A DNA stretch of 64,000 nt, taken from positions 1-64,000 of the forward strand of contig CAVZZA010000005.1 in assembly GCA_963779615.1 (NCBI GenBank). The letters run 5' to 3'. The number at the start of each line of letters is the position of its first letter. Within the stretch, counting starts at the first letter, position 1. Source of the DNA: an uncultured Nitrososphaeraceae archaeon (lineage in GTDB: Archaea > Thermoproteota > Nitrososphaeria > Nitrososphaerales > Nitrososphaeraceae). This document shows, one piece after another, positions 55,386-64,000 of this stretch. Position numbers and translations under genes: made by a program. The notes beneath the pieces are model-generated. The model did not search any database and had not been told where the DNA came from. It saw only the letters and a list, made by a program, of their open reading frames with translations.

Positions 55386-55625
55386 TTCAAGACTGTTAGC
55401 AATTATTTTTACTCAAAAAGAAGATTCCTTCTAAACCTACAGGGTCGTTCTTTTAAATATCATTTTAACATATACCATAATAATTCATAAAAAATTCAAA
55501 GGAAAATAAAGATCCCAATACAGTTTGGATCTCAATACAGTTGGGATTTGTAAGTCTTTGCATGTTTCATCAACTGCACAAATCAAATAATCAATAAATA
55601 AATTAAGTAAAATTGAGATTACTCT

Positions 55626-56918
55626 ATGCCCAAAGAATCAACAATCGGGGAGGAAAAATGGGATTCTGTTAAAAAATATAAAATAACAAAAATGCTGAAT
55701 GATTTATCGAAAATATCAGGACATGGAACAGAATTAGTAACTGTGTACATTCCACCGCGAAAACCTATTTATGACATAATTTCACAACTTAGAAATGAGG
55801 CAGGTACTGCTACCAACATCAAATCAGACCTTACCAGAACCCATGTCCAGGATGCATTAAGTAAAACAATGGAGCAATTAAAATTATATAAAGAAACACC
55901 AGACAACGGATTGGTTATATTTTGTGGAGCAATTCCAACCGGCAAAGGTCTAGGAACTGAAAAAATAGAAATTTTTACAATTACCCCTCCAAAACCCGTC
56001 CAAATAAGTCTCTACAGGTGTGATGACCATTTTTGGATAGATCATATAAAAGAAATGCTAAAAGACGATAAGGTCATGGGAATAATTTCCATTGACACAC
56101 AGGAGACAGGTCTAGGCATATTAACTGGAGACAGATGGCAAACAGTGGAAACATTAACTTCAGGTGTAGCTGGAAAACACAGACAAGGTGGTCAGTCTGC
56201 AAGAAGGTTTGAAAGATTGAGGGACAATGAGCTTAATGAATATTATCGCCGCGTAGCAGACTACGCTCAAAAAATATTTATAGATCAATTTAAGACAAAG
56301 GGACTAATAGTTGGAGGACCCGGTCCCACAAAAGATAACTTTATCAGAGAGGAGTATTTAGATTACAGGTTACAAAACAACATCATTTCAATAGTTGACA
56401 CATCATATACTGGCGAGGAAGGGGTAAGAGAAATTATTGACAAGGTAAATGAACAAGGCATAATGTCGGAATATAGATTGATGGAAGAAAAAAAAATGGT
56501 AAAAAAATTTATGGGTGAAGTTCATTCTGGAAGAGGATTAGGAATATATGGAATGAACGATGTTGTTAATAATCTAAAGTCTGGCATTACCGATTTGATT
56601 ATTGTCACTGATGATATAGACCTAGTAAGATTAGAAGCGATTTGTAAAAAATGCGACAACACCATCGAAAAAATAGTAGACAAGGAGCATCTGATTGATA
56701 CCAAACAAAACATTATTTCAAATCCATGTCCAAATTGTTCCGGTATGGACTACCTGATTAAAGAAAAAGATTTTATTGATTATTTAGAAGAATTAGCTGC
56801 CTTGAGTGGAACGAGACTTGAAATCATCTCATCAAAAACAGAGGAAGGCAATCAAATACAAAGTTTAGGAAAAATTGGTGCATTATTAAGATTTAAGCTA
56901 AATAATCAGTATCTTTAA
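55626..56918 (+). CDS. prf1: peptide chain release factor aRF1
   Basis: NIKS, YRCD and GGQS motifs. Confidence 0.98.
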   Translation: MPKESTIGEEKWDSVKKYKITKMLNDLSKISGHGTELVTVYIPPRKPIYDIISQLRNEAGTATNIKSDLTRTHVQDALSKTMEQLKLYKETPDNGLVIFCGAIPTGKGLGTEKIEIFTITPPKPVQISLYRCDDHFWIDHIKEMLKDDKVMGIISIDTQETGLGILTGDRWQTVETLTSGVAGKHRQGGQSARRFERLRDNELNEYYRRVADYAQKIFIDQFKTKGLIVGGPGPTKDNFIREEYLDYRLQNNIISIVDTSYTGEEGVREIIDKVNEQGIMSEYRLMEEKKMVKKFMGEVHSGRGLGIYGMNDVVNNLKSGITDLIIVTDDIDLVRLEAICKKCDNTIEKIVDKEHLIDTKQNIISNPCPNCSGMDYLIKEKDFIDYLEELAALSGTRLEIISSKTEEGNQIQSLGKIGALLRFKLNNQYL

Positions 56919-56921
56919 TAT

Positions 56922-58199
56922 TTAATCTCGTCCCAAAAGATTCAAAGATCGCCCTATTACCTCGTATCCAAGAATTTTTCCAATTGTTCCTTTCTTTGAA
57001 TAAGATTCAGTGAATCGAGATGTCCCATCTTTTTCGACATTTTTTCCCGAAACAACAAGAGGAATTGGATCGTCAGTATGAGCTTTTTTAATACATGGAG
57101 TAGAATGATCTCCTGAAATAATGAAACTTACATCCACATCCTTATAATTATGGAGTCCATCTTGCAAAGGTCCAAAAAAATGTTTATCTATTTCTTCTAT
57201 ATTTTTCTTTTTTCCTTTTGCGTTACCATCATGGCCGAATTCGTCTGGGCCCTTAATATGAACATAAAAAAAGTCATGATAACTTATTTTCTCTAAAAGG
57301 GATTTAGCTTTTAATTCATAATCTTCAGGTTTACCTGCATCATAGGAGGTAATGCCAAGGATTTTTGATATTCCAATTTCTACAGGCATATCGACCAAAG
57401 ATGCAAAATTAAGGCGATATTTTTCATTAATTGACTGAACATGGGGATACCTATTTCCAGCATCCCTCAACAAAATACAATTAATAGGCAATAAACCATT
57501 ATTTACTCTTCTGTCATTAACTTCGCAATTATTCAATAATTTAATGACATGATCGGAAAAACAATTTACAATCTCTGCAGAAGATTTGGAAGATTCATCA
57601 GTATATTGAGAAGGAATAACATAAAGTTCATCTTTTGAATTAGATTTGGCTATACCAATTCCATTAATTTTTTCATAAGCTGGATCAGTATTAGTTATAT
57701 TTTCACCTAAAACGGAATGTCTTTTTCTAAAATGTAATATTACCCTATGACCTATAGTAGGCTTGACAGAAAACTCCACATCATCTTTTAATTTAACATT
57801 TTTATTTATTAAATCACAAATTTGTATCGAGTCTTCTTCTGGTATGACTCTTCCTGCCCGCCTATCTAAAATTTTTTTATCGGTATCAATAGTAGCAAAA
57901 TTTCCACGTAAAGCGAGATCACCATCTTTAAAATCAATATTACTACCAAGACATTCTACAACTCCTCTTCCAACATAATCCTTGTCTTTAAAATTGTATC
58001 CTAGCATATTAAAAACTGCTATATCTGATTGGGGAGCAATCCCATCACCTACACTCGTTACTTGACCTGAAGACCCATTTCGCGCAATTTTATCCAAGTT
58101 AGGAGTAATAGCTGCCTCCAATGGGGTCAAATCATTTAAATCATCATTAGGCAGATCTCCGATTCCATCCAACAAAACATAAATAATTTTATTGTCCAA
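56922..58199 (-). CDS. apgM: 2,3-bisphosphoglycerate-independent phosphoglycerate mutase (archaeal type)
   Basis: LLDGIGD, TPLEAA.TPNLD, PQSD, DEFGHDG, GDHSTP; likely TTG start at 58199. Confidence 0.92.
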   Translation of the reverse strand: MDNKIIYVLLDGIGDLPNDDLNDLTPLEAAITPNLDKIARNGSSGQVTSVGDGIAPQSDIAVFNMLGYNFKDKDYVGRGVVECLGSNIDFKDGDLALRGNFATIDTDKKILDRRAGRVIPEEDSIQICDLINKNVKLKDDVEFSVKPTIGHRVILHFRKRHSVLGENITNTDPAYEKINGIGIAKSNSKDELYVIPSQYTDESSKSSAEIVNCFSDHVIKLLNNCEVNDRRVNNGLLPINCILLRDAGNRYPHVQSINEKYRLNFASLVDMPVEIGISKILGITSYDAGKPEDYELKAKSLLEKISYHDFFYVHIKGPDEFGHDGNAKGKKKNIEEIDKHFFGPLQDGLHNYKDVDVSFIISGDHSTPCIKKAHTDDPIPLVVSGKNVEKDGTSRFTESYSKKGTIGKILGYEVIGRSLNLLGRD

Positions 58200-58315
58200 C
58201 CAATCTTTTAGTAGATTAGCTAAATTTAATTTTAATGAAAGAAAGATCAATTTAAAGAAAAAATAACCCCTAGGTAAAAGAAAATAAATTATACCGACAA
58301 AAAACAAAATTAACA

Positions 58316-59374
58316 GTGGAGTATAGGTTAATTTCAAATCAGAACAATGAAATATTATTAACAAATGATAAAATTAAAGTTTATTTAGATCCTATGCACA
58401 TAACAGACGAAAACTTCATCTTTATTTCTCATGCTCACACAGACCATATATTACAAAAGAAACATTTAAGAAAATTTGATTTACAAAACAAAATTATTAG
58501 TTCTATGGAAACATCTGCAATAGCAAATTTAAGGGGGTACCCCATAAGTGATAATTTAGGCGCCTATGAAGATTTCCAATTGATAGATACCGGTCATATT
58601 TTGGGATCCAAAGGATTGCTAGTCAACAAGAAAATTTTTTATACAGGAGATCTATCAACAAGAAAAAGAGCTTTCTTTAAAAAACCTCAAATACCAAGAG
58701 TAGAGACATTGATTATTGAATCAACTTTTGGTAAACCAGAATACGAATTTCCGCCAGTTGATAAAATAATTCACCAGGTAAATTCACTGATTTCAGAAAT
58801 GTATTCAAGAGGTATTCCGGTCATTTTAATGGGATACTCTTTAGGTAAGGCACAAATCTTAACATCCATATTTGGTTCATGGAAGCCACTTATTGTTCAT
58901 GACGATGTCTATAGATTTAATGAAATCTATAGACATTTTGGCATATTTCTAGAGGATGCAACACCTCTTTCCGAGGCCAAAGAAAAAGAATTGTTGGGGA
59001 AAAAACCATGGATATTAATATACCCACTAACCAGCGGTAAGCAAAACTTTATTGCATATTTAAAAGAAAAACACTGTGCAGTTACCATAGGATTTAGTGG
59101 TTGGGCAGTCAATAAAAATTATCGCCATTTTATGAATTTAGATTATGTCGTACCATTTAGCGATCATTGTGATTTTGATGAGCTGGTTGAAGTGGTAAAG
59201 AAGAGTAAGCCAGAAAAGATTTTTACAATTCATGGGTTTCAAAAAGAGTTTGCTCAGCATCTAAATTCTCTAGGGTTTAACGCAGAGCCCATTGACAAAC
59301 TAAAAATGAAAAAATTAAGAGTAAGTGATAAAAATGAAAAAAGAAATAAAACACTGGATCAGTTTTTGTACTAA
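58316..59374 (+). CDS. metallo-beta-lactamase/beta-CASP-like nuclease
   Basis: SHAHTDH, GHILGS, YTGD, IESTFG, SDHCDF, TIHG. Confidence 0.9.
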   Translation: MEYRLISNQNNEILLTNDKIKVYLDPMHITDENFIFISHAHTDHILQKKHLRKFDLQNKIISSMETSAIANLRGYPISDNLGAYEDFQLIDTGHILGSKGLLVNKKIFYTGDLSTRKRAFFKKPQIPRVETLIIESTFGKPEYEFPPVDKIIHQVNSLISEMYSRGIPVILMGYSLGKAQILTSIFGSWKPLIVHDDVYRFNEIYRHFGIFLEDATPLSEAKEKELLGKKPWILIYPLTSGKQNFIAYLKEKHCAVTIGFSGWAVNKNYRHFMNLDYVVPFSDHCDFDELVEVVKKSKPEKIFTIHGFQKEFAQHLNSLGFNAEPIDKLKMKKLRVSDKNEKRNKTLDQFLY

Positions 59375-59377
59375 GTT

Positions 59378-60457
59378 CTACTTTTCCAAATCTCTAAAGT
59401 AAGGCACCACTTTATTTCCAAAGGTTTCTATATTTTTGTATAAGCCATCACCCCAGAATCGAATTATAAAGTGATTTGTTCCAGCTTGAATAAATCGCTC
59501 TAACATTTCTATAACATCATCCGGACTTCCTACACCGATTGCAGTACGAGCCACTTCATCTGGAATTTTAATAGATGCTTTTTTCATCTGTTCCATAAGT
59601 TCAGGTTTATTCATCGCATATTCGGTAAAATATTTACGAAAGTCAAATTCAGAATCCTGAGGAATATTATGGACTTTTAAAAGTTCTGGTTTATAGAGAC
59701 TGACTTTTACAGCATTTTTCATTTTTTCCCAAGCCCCCTCACCGTCTTCTGTCAAGTAAACATCGACGTCGTTTGCGAATTCAAAGTCAGGAATATCACG
59801 CCCTATTCTTTTTGCATTTTCTTTTATAACATTCGAATGAAATTTAAATAATTCCGGGGTGTAACCAATTGGTATCCACCCATCACCAAAAGTTGCGCAT
59901 AACTCCAGGGTTTTCGGAGCACCTGCTGCAATATATACAGGCGGCCTTGGCTTTCTGATTGATTTTGCTTGCAAGCACGCTTCTATTAATTTATAGTATT
60001 TGCCATCATAATTTACCTTATTATCGGGATTTGACTCAAATAACTTCTCAATCACTTCTAACTGTTCTTTAAACTTTGTTACTGGTTTACTAAATTCGAT
60101 TCCAAAATCAATAACGTTTTGTGCCTCTCCTGCCCCGATACCCAATATTCCCCGTCCTTTAGTTATTCTATCCAAAGTTACAGTAGATAATGCAATAGTG
60201 GAAGGGTGCCTTCTTATTGCATCAGTTACACAAGCTCCTAGCTCCACCTTATTTGTGACTGCACCAATAGCTGCTAACATTAGCCAGGCATCATTAACTA
60301 CTGCATTTTTCCATTGAGGTACATTTGTATGATCCATTGCCCATATAGAATCGAAATTTGTTCTATCAGCAACCTGGGCAGCAGTGATAACCTGTGTTTC
60401 ATCCAAACCAAGCCTTGCAACATTTAACCCAAACGTCAAACCAAATTTAATTTTCAT
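59378..60457 (-). CDS. LLM-class (possibly F420-dependent) oxidoreductase
   Basis: FDSIWAMDH, LDRITKGRGILGIGAG, GDGWIP. Confidence 0.92.
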   Translation of the reverse strand: MKIKFGLTFGLNVARLGLDETQVITAAQVADRTNFDSIWAMDHTNVPQWKNAVVNDAWLMLAAIGAVTNKVELGACVTDAIRRHPSTIALSTVTLDRITKGRGILGIGAGEAQNVIDFGIEFSKPVTKFKEQLEVIEKLFESNPDNKVNYDGKYYKLIEACLQAKSIRKPRPPVYIAAGAPKTLELCATFGDGWIPIGYTPELFKFHSNVIKENAKRIGRDIPDFEFANDVDVYLTEDGEGAWEKMKNAVKVSLYKPELLKVHNIPQDSEFDFRKYFTEYAMNKPELMEQMKKASIKIPDEVARTAIGVGSPDDVIEMLERFIQAGTNHFIIRFWGDGLYKNIETFGNKVVPYFRDLEK

Positions 60458-60653
60458 CTTAATCTTACCCCCGCATCATGAATATTGTTAATAAATCCAT
60501 AATTTTGCATATCTATGATATCTCTGAAATAATCTTGTTTTAATAGTTTTTTTTTTATAAATGAGAATATTTAAGTAATCGTCCGGTAATAACCTGTAAT
60601 AATCTTTAAAAATACAATTAATATTAGAGAATTATAACTTCATAATTATTAAA

Positions 60654-62435
60654 ATGAATCAGTATAAAAAAACAGTGCTCGTTACCGGTAGCGGAACTGG
60701 AATAGGTCAAGCTGTAGCAAGAAAATTTGCAAAATTAGGTTTTAACATAATAATATTAGGAAGAAGAAAGGAACCACTAATAGAAGCTTCGGAAGTATTA
60801 AACGAAATTATAAAAAAAGAAGGACATGACACCATGGTTAAATATTATCCGGGTATTGATGTTGCAGATGAATACGGAATAAACAATCTGTTTGATGAAA
60901 TAAAGAATGAATTTGGAAAAATAGACATTGTAGTGAATAATGCGGGTGTTTCAGGCCCCGTAAAGGTTTTTACTAATTCTAGCTTTAGTGATTTTAAAGA
61001 GTGTGTGTCGATCCACCTTACAGGAACCTTCTGGACAAGTGTAAAAAGCTTAGAAGCATTGAAAGATGATGGTAAAATAATCACAATTTCAACATTCTTT
61101 ACAGAAGAAAACAAATTTGAACAAAGACCGTATAGATTTAGAACGCCTTACACTGCGGCCCAAGGAGCCAAAAATAGGTTAACTGAAGCAATGGCATGGG
61201 AGTTGGTCGGAAAAGGAATCAAGTCTGTAGGAACGAACCCAGGGCCCGTGCACTCCGATAGAATATATAAAACCGTTTATCCAAAAGCCGCCTCAGAGTT
61301 TTTGAGAATTGGCGGTTTTGAAGGATTAACAAATAAACAAATTGAAAATGCTACTAATGTACTGCTTCCTTATCTTGGAGAGAAACAGAACATTATTGAA
61401 GGTGAAGCAACAAAACTAGCAGAAGTCATTATCAAAGAAAATGGCAATACAACGGTAGGAACGGAAGAATACCAAAAAATAATACTAAAGCTTCTTGAAA
61501 AGGTTCAAGAAATTGCTGAAAAGATTCAAAATAATACCAAAAAAATGATTATAGATAAAGAATTTCTGTCCCAGGATGACGTTGCGGAAATGGTTTTCAA
61601 TTTATCTATTGATGCCTTTAGTAAATTAATAAATGGCAAAATAATTCCTAATGATCGGGTATTTTACCCAGTAAAACCAATAGTAAATAAAAATATAGAT
61701 GTTGATGTAGGTTTATCCCTACAAGGGAATACAATACTTATTACCACCACAACAAATGAAGTAGACACTTTAACCATGATAAAGAAAATCGCAGATAAGA
61801 TTACTATAGAAAAAGTAAAACAGATTATAATTCTCACACACAAAAACGAGGTTTCTGACAAGGCTAGCAAAATTTTTAAAGAATTTCATCATCACAATAT
61901 AGACTTCGGAAACGAGGAAACTGTAAATCGGATATTTAACACCATTCAAACCCATTTTGGGAGAATAAATTCAACAATTCATTTTACAGGAAGTTATGAT
62001 TATAATAAAGATATTACATTTTTATCAAGAATGGAATGGGATCACCTTGTAAATAATTTTATATATTTTCCACACTTGGTTACAAGGTCGTCGGTTTTAT
62101 CGATGTCCTCCCAGGAAGCCTTGGAAAACCCCGATAAATTTAAAGACTCTTTTGGCAACATTGTCATAATCGGGCCTGTGGCTCCAAGTGGTGGGAAAAT
62201 AGAAGGGAAAATCCGAGCTAAATCCGAGATATTTCGAGGAGCTCTAAGACCATACATAACAACCGCTAATCAAGAGTTACATGAGGTTTTAAATTCTAAA
62301 ATTAATCTAACATTGATTTTACAGGGAAGCATTAGTGGAGAGATACCTACCTATGAAAAATTAGAAACTACCGTATTGAATCTCTGTTCACAAAAAGAAT
62401 TAAAAAATAACCTAATTATATATATTAATGAATGA
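60654..62435 (+). CDS. tandem-domain SDR oxidoreductase with an atypical active site
   Basis: TGSGTGIG, NNAG, RTPYTAAQGAKN, NPGPVHSDRI; second degenerate Rossmann domain. Confidence 0.85.
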   Translation: MNQYKKTVLVTGSGTGIGQAVARKFAKLGFNIIILGRRKEPLIEASEVLNEIIKKEGHDTMVKYYPGIDVADEYGINNLFDEIKNEFGKIDIVVNNAGVSGPVKVFTNSSFSDFKECVSIHLTGTFWTSVKSLEALKDDGKIITISTFFTEENKFEQRPYRFRTPYTAAQGAKNRLTEAMAWELVGKGIKSVGTNPGPVHSDRIYKTVYPKAASEFLRIGGFEGLTNKQIENATNVLLPYLGEKQNIIEGEATKLAEVIIKENGNTTVGTEEYQKIILKLLEKVQEIAEKIQNNTKKMIIDKEFLSQDDVAEMVFNLSIDAFSKLINGKIIPNDRVFYPVKPIVNKNIDVDVGLSLQGNTILITTTTNEVDTLTMIKKIADKITIEKVKQIIILTHKNEVSDKASKIFKEFHHHNIDFGNEETVNRIFNTIQTHFGRINSTIHFTGSYDYNKDITFLSRMEWDHLVNNFIYFPHLVTRSSVLSMSSQEALENPDKFKDSFGNIVIIGPVAPSGGKIEGKIRAKSEIFRGALRPYITTANQELHEVLNSKINLTLILQGSISGEIPTYEKLETTVLNLCSQKELKNNLIIYINE

Positions 62436-62447
62436 GTAAATAATTAT

Positions 62448-62657
62448 TTAATGGTGTTCAGTATGGACTGGATTTTTCCTTTCATTCATAAACGACCAAA
62501 CTCCAAGACCGAGTGTAGCTACACCTAAAGCTATTATCAAGTAATCTGCGACAAATATCAAGGCCCAAGCAGGATTTAGGTATCCTGCAATTAGAAAAAT
62601 CACGCCCAATATCAATATTGCAGTACCTGCAATAATTTCAGAATTTATGTTGATCAT
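62448..62657 (-). CDS. small two-TM membrane protein
   Basis: 69 aa, two hydrophobic helices and a His-rich tail. Confidence 0.75.
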   Translation of the reverse strand: MININSEIIAGTAILILGVIFLIAGYLNPAWALIFVADYLIIALGVATLGLGVWSFMNERKNPVHTEHH

Positions 62658-62723
62658 GAAATTAAAAATTATCTCTCACTATAAAAACTATTAGATTATA
62701 TAAAAAATAAAAGCATTAAAAAT

Positions 62724-63422
62724 GTGAGATTAGCAGGTTTATTTTCGGGAGGAAAGGACAGTACATTCTCTTTATTGAGGTCTTTGAAAAAAGGTCATCA
62801 AATCCCATGCTTAATATCTATTCATCCATTCAATGACGAAAGTTTGCTATATCACCATCCAAATAGCAATCTGTTTAAAAAAATTTCAAAAGCTGTTGAA
62901 ATTCCAATCATCGAAAGATATTGCAATAATACAGACAAAGAACACGAAATTAATCAATTAACCTCATCAGTAAAACAGGCTATTGATGAATATTCAATAG
63001 AAGGTTTAACGCATGGAACCATATCAAGTAAATTCCAACTCAATATTTTTCAAACTATTTGTACCGATTTAAGCATAAAGTTATATTCACCGATTTGGAA
63101 TATTGAGCCTCACAAATATTACAACGAGTTACTTAATTCTCATTTTGAGATTATAATTACTAGGGTAGCCACGTTAGGACTCGATGAAAAATGGTTAGGA
63201 GCAACAATTAATAAAAATACTTATAAGGAGTTAAAGAAATGTAGCGAAAAGTATAAATTCAATTTAACTTTTGAAGGGGGAGAAGCTGAAACACTGGTAC
63301 TGAATTGCCCAATATACAAAAAAAGAATCAAAATAGCTCGGTCTAACATACAATGGGATGGTATAAGGGGAACATTTGAAATATTAGATGTTGATTTAAT
63401 AAGAAATAGTAGTAATGCTTGA
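62724..63422 (+). CDS. dph6: diphthine-ammonia ligase (PP-loop ATPase)
   Basis: LFSGGKDS, FEGGEAETLV. Confidence 0.92.
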   Translation: MRLAGLFSGGKDSTFSLLRSLKKGHQIPCLISIHPFNDESLLYHHPNSNLFKKISKAVEIPIIERYCNNTDKEHEINQLTSSVKQAIDEYSIEGLTHGTISSKFQLNIFQTICTDLSIKLYSPIWNIEPHKYYNELLNSHFEIIITRVATLGLDEKWLGATINKNTYKELKKCSEKYKFNLTFEGGEAETLVLNCPIYKKRIKIARSNIQWDGIRGTFEILDVDLIRNSSNA

Positions 63423-64000
63423 TAATTTAAAAGATAACCTGCGCTCCGCACTAAAAAAAATTGTTGGGGCTTCAGATGTGAATGAAGAACTAATTGATGA
63501 ACTTTGTAAAGATCTACAAAGAGCATTATTATCATCTGATGTGAATGTTAAATTAGTATTAGAAATAACTAAAAATCTTAAGGAAAGAGCTCTTAAAGAC
63601 ATCCCACCTAAAGGATTATCAAAAAAAGATCACATAATATCTATTCTCTATGGCGAATTATCAAGGCTATTGGGGTATGGTGGAGAGATGACTAAAAACA
63701 TCGATAGGATAAAAATAGATGAAAAAGTAATCAACTTTCATCCAGACAGACAAAACACTATATTGATGCTTGGTATTCAGGGAAGTGGAAAAACAACTGT
63801 CGTTGCAAAGCTTGCTCGATGGTTAACTAAACATGGATATAGAGTTGGAGTAATAGGAGCAGACACATGGAGACCAGGCGCCTTAACTCAATTAAAGATG
63901 AATTGCAATAAAATCAATTCATTAGTGTATGGAGAAGAAGAGAACAAAAATGCACTAGAGATAGTTAAAAACGGACTTGATTACTTTAAAGAACAAGCAA
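63415..64000 (+). CDS. srp54: signal recognition particle protein SRP54 (truncated by the window end)
   Basis: Manual translation MLDNLKDNLRSALKKIVG...LQRALLSSDVNVKLV...LGIQGSGKTT...ADTWRPGA. Confidence 0.95.
   Translation, partial: MLDNLKDNLRSALKKIVGASDVNEELIDELCKDLQRALLSSDVNVKLVLEITKNLKERALKDIPPKGLSKKDHIISILYGELSRLLGYGGEMTKNIDRIKIDEKVINFHPDRQNTILMLGIQGSGKTTVVAKLARWLTKHGYRVGVIGADTWRPGALTQLKMNCNKINSLVYGEEENKNALEIVKNGLDYFKEQA

Overview
AT-rich archaeal genomic DNA, most consistent with an ammonia-oxidising Nitrososphaeraceae member, probably Nitrosocosmicus-like. The evidence is archaeal L1/P0/P1, Alba, aRF1, SRP54, EndA and CofE, plus methylmalonyl-CoA mutase/MeaB. Positions ~1-21 kb are an accessory region. 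It holds several IS5/IS630 elements, an IS903-like element with a matching 139-bp MITE, a fragmented soluble histidine kinase, a KGG stress protein and a His-free Cys/Met-rich four-helix-bundle (Csp3/DUF326-like) protein. It also holds a degenerate ComA (phosphosulfolactate synthase)-wHTH fusion followed by a sulfonate-type ABC importer. Positions 21-64 kb are mostly core genes; several carry single-base insertions that look like sequencing errors. The best candidate new system is a putative sulfur regulon: a ComA-fold/wHTH one-component regulator, TATGC-N7-GCATA-type palindromes upstream of both that gene and the Cys/Met-rich gene, and the adjacent SsuABC-like transporter. All family assignments come from motif recognition only; no searches were run.
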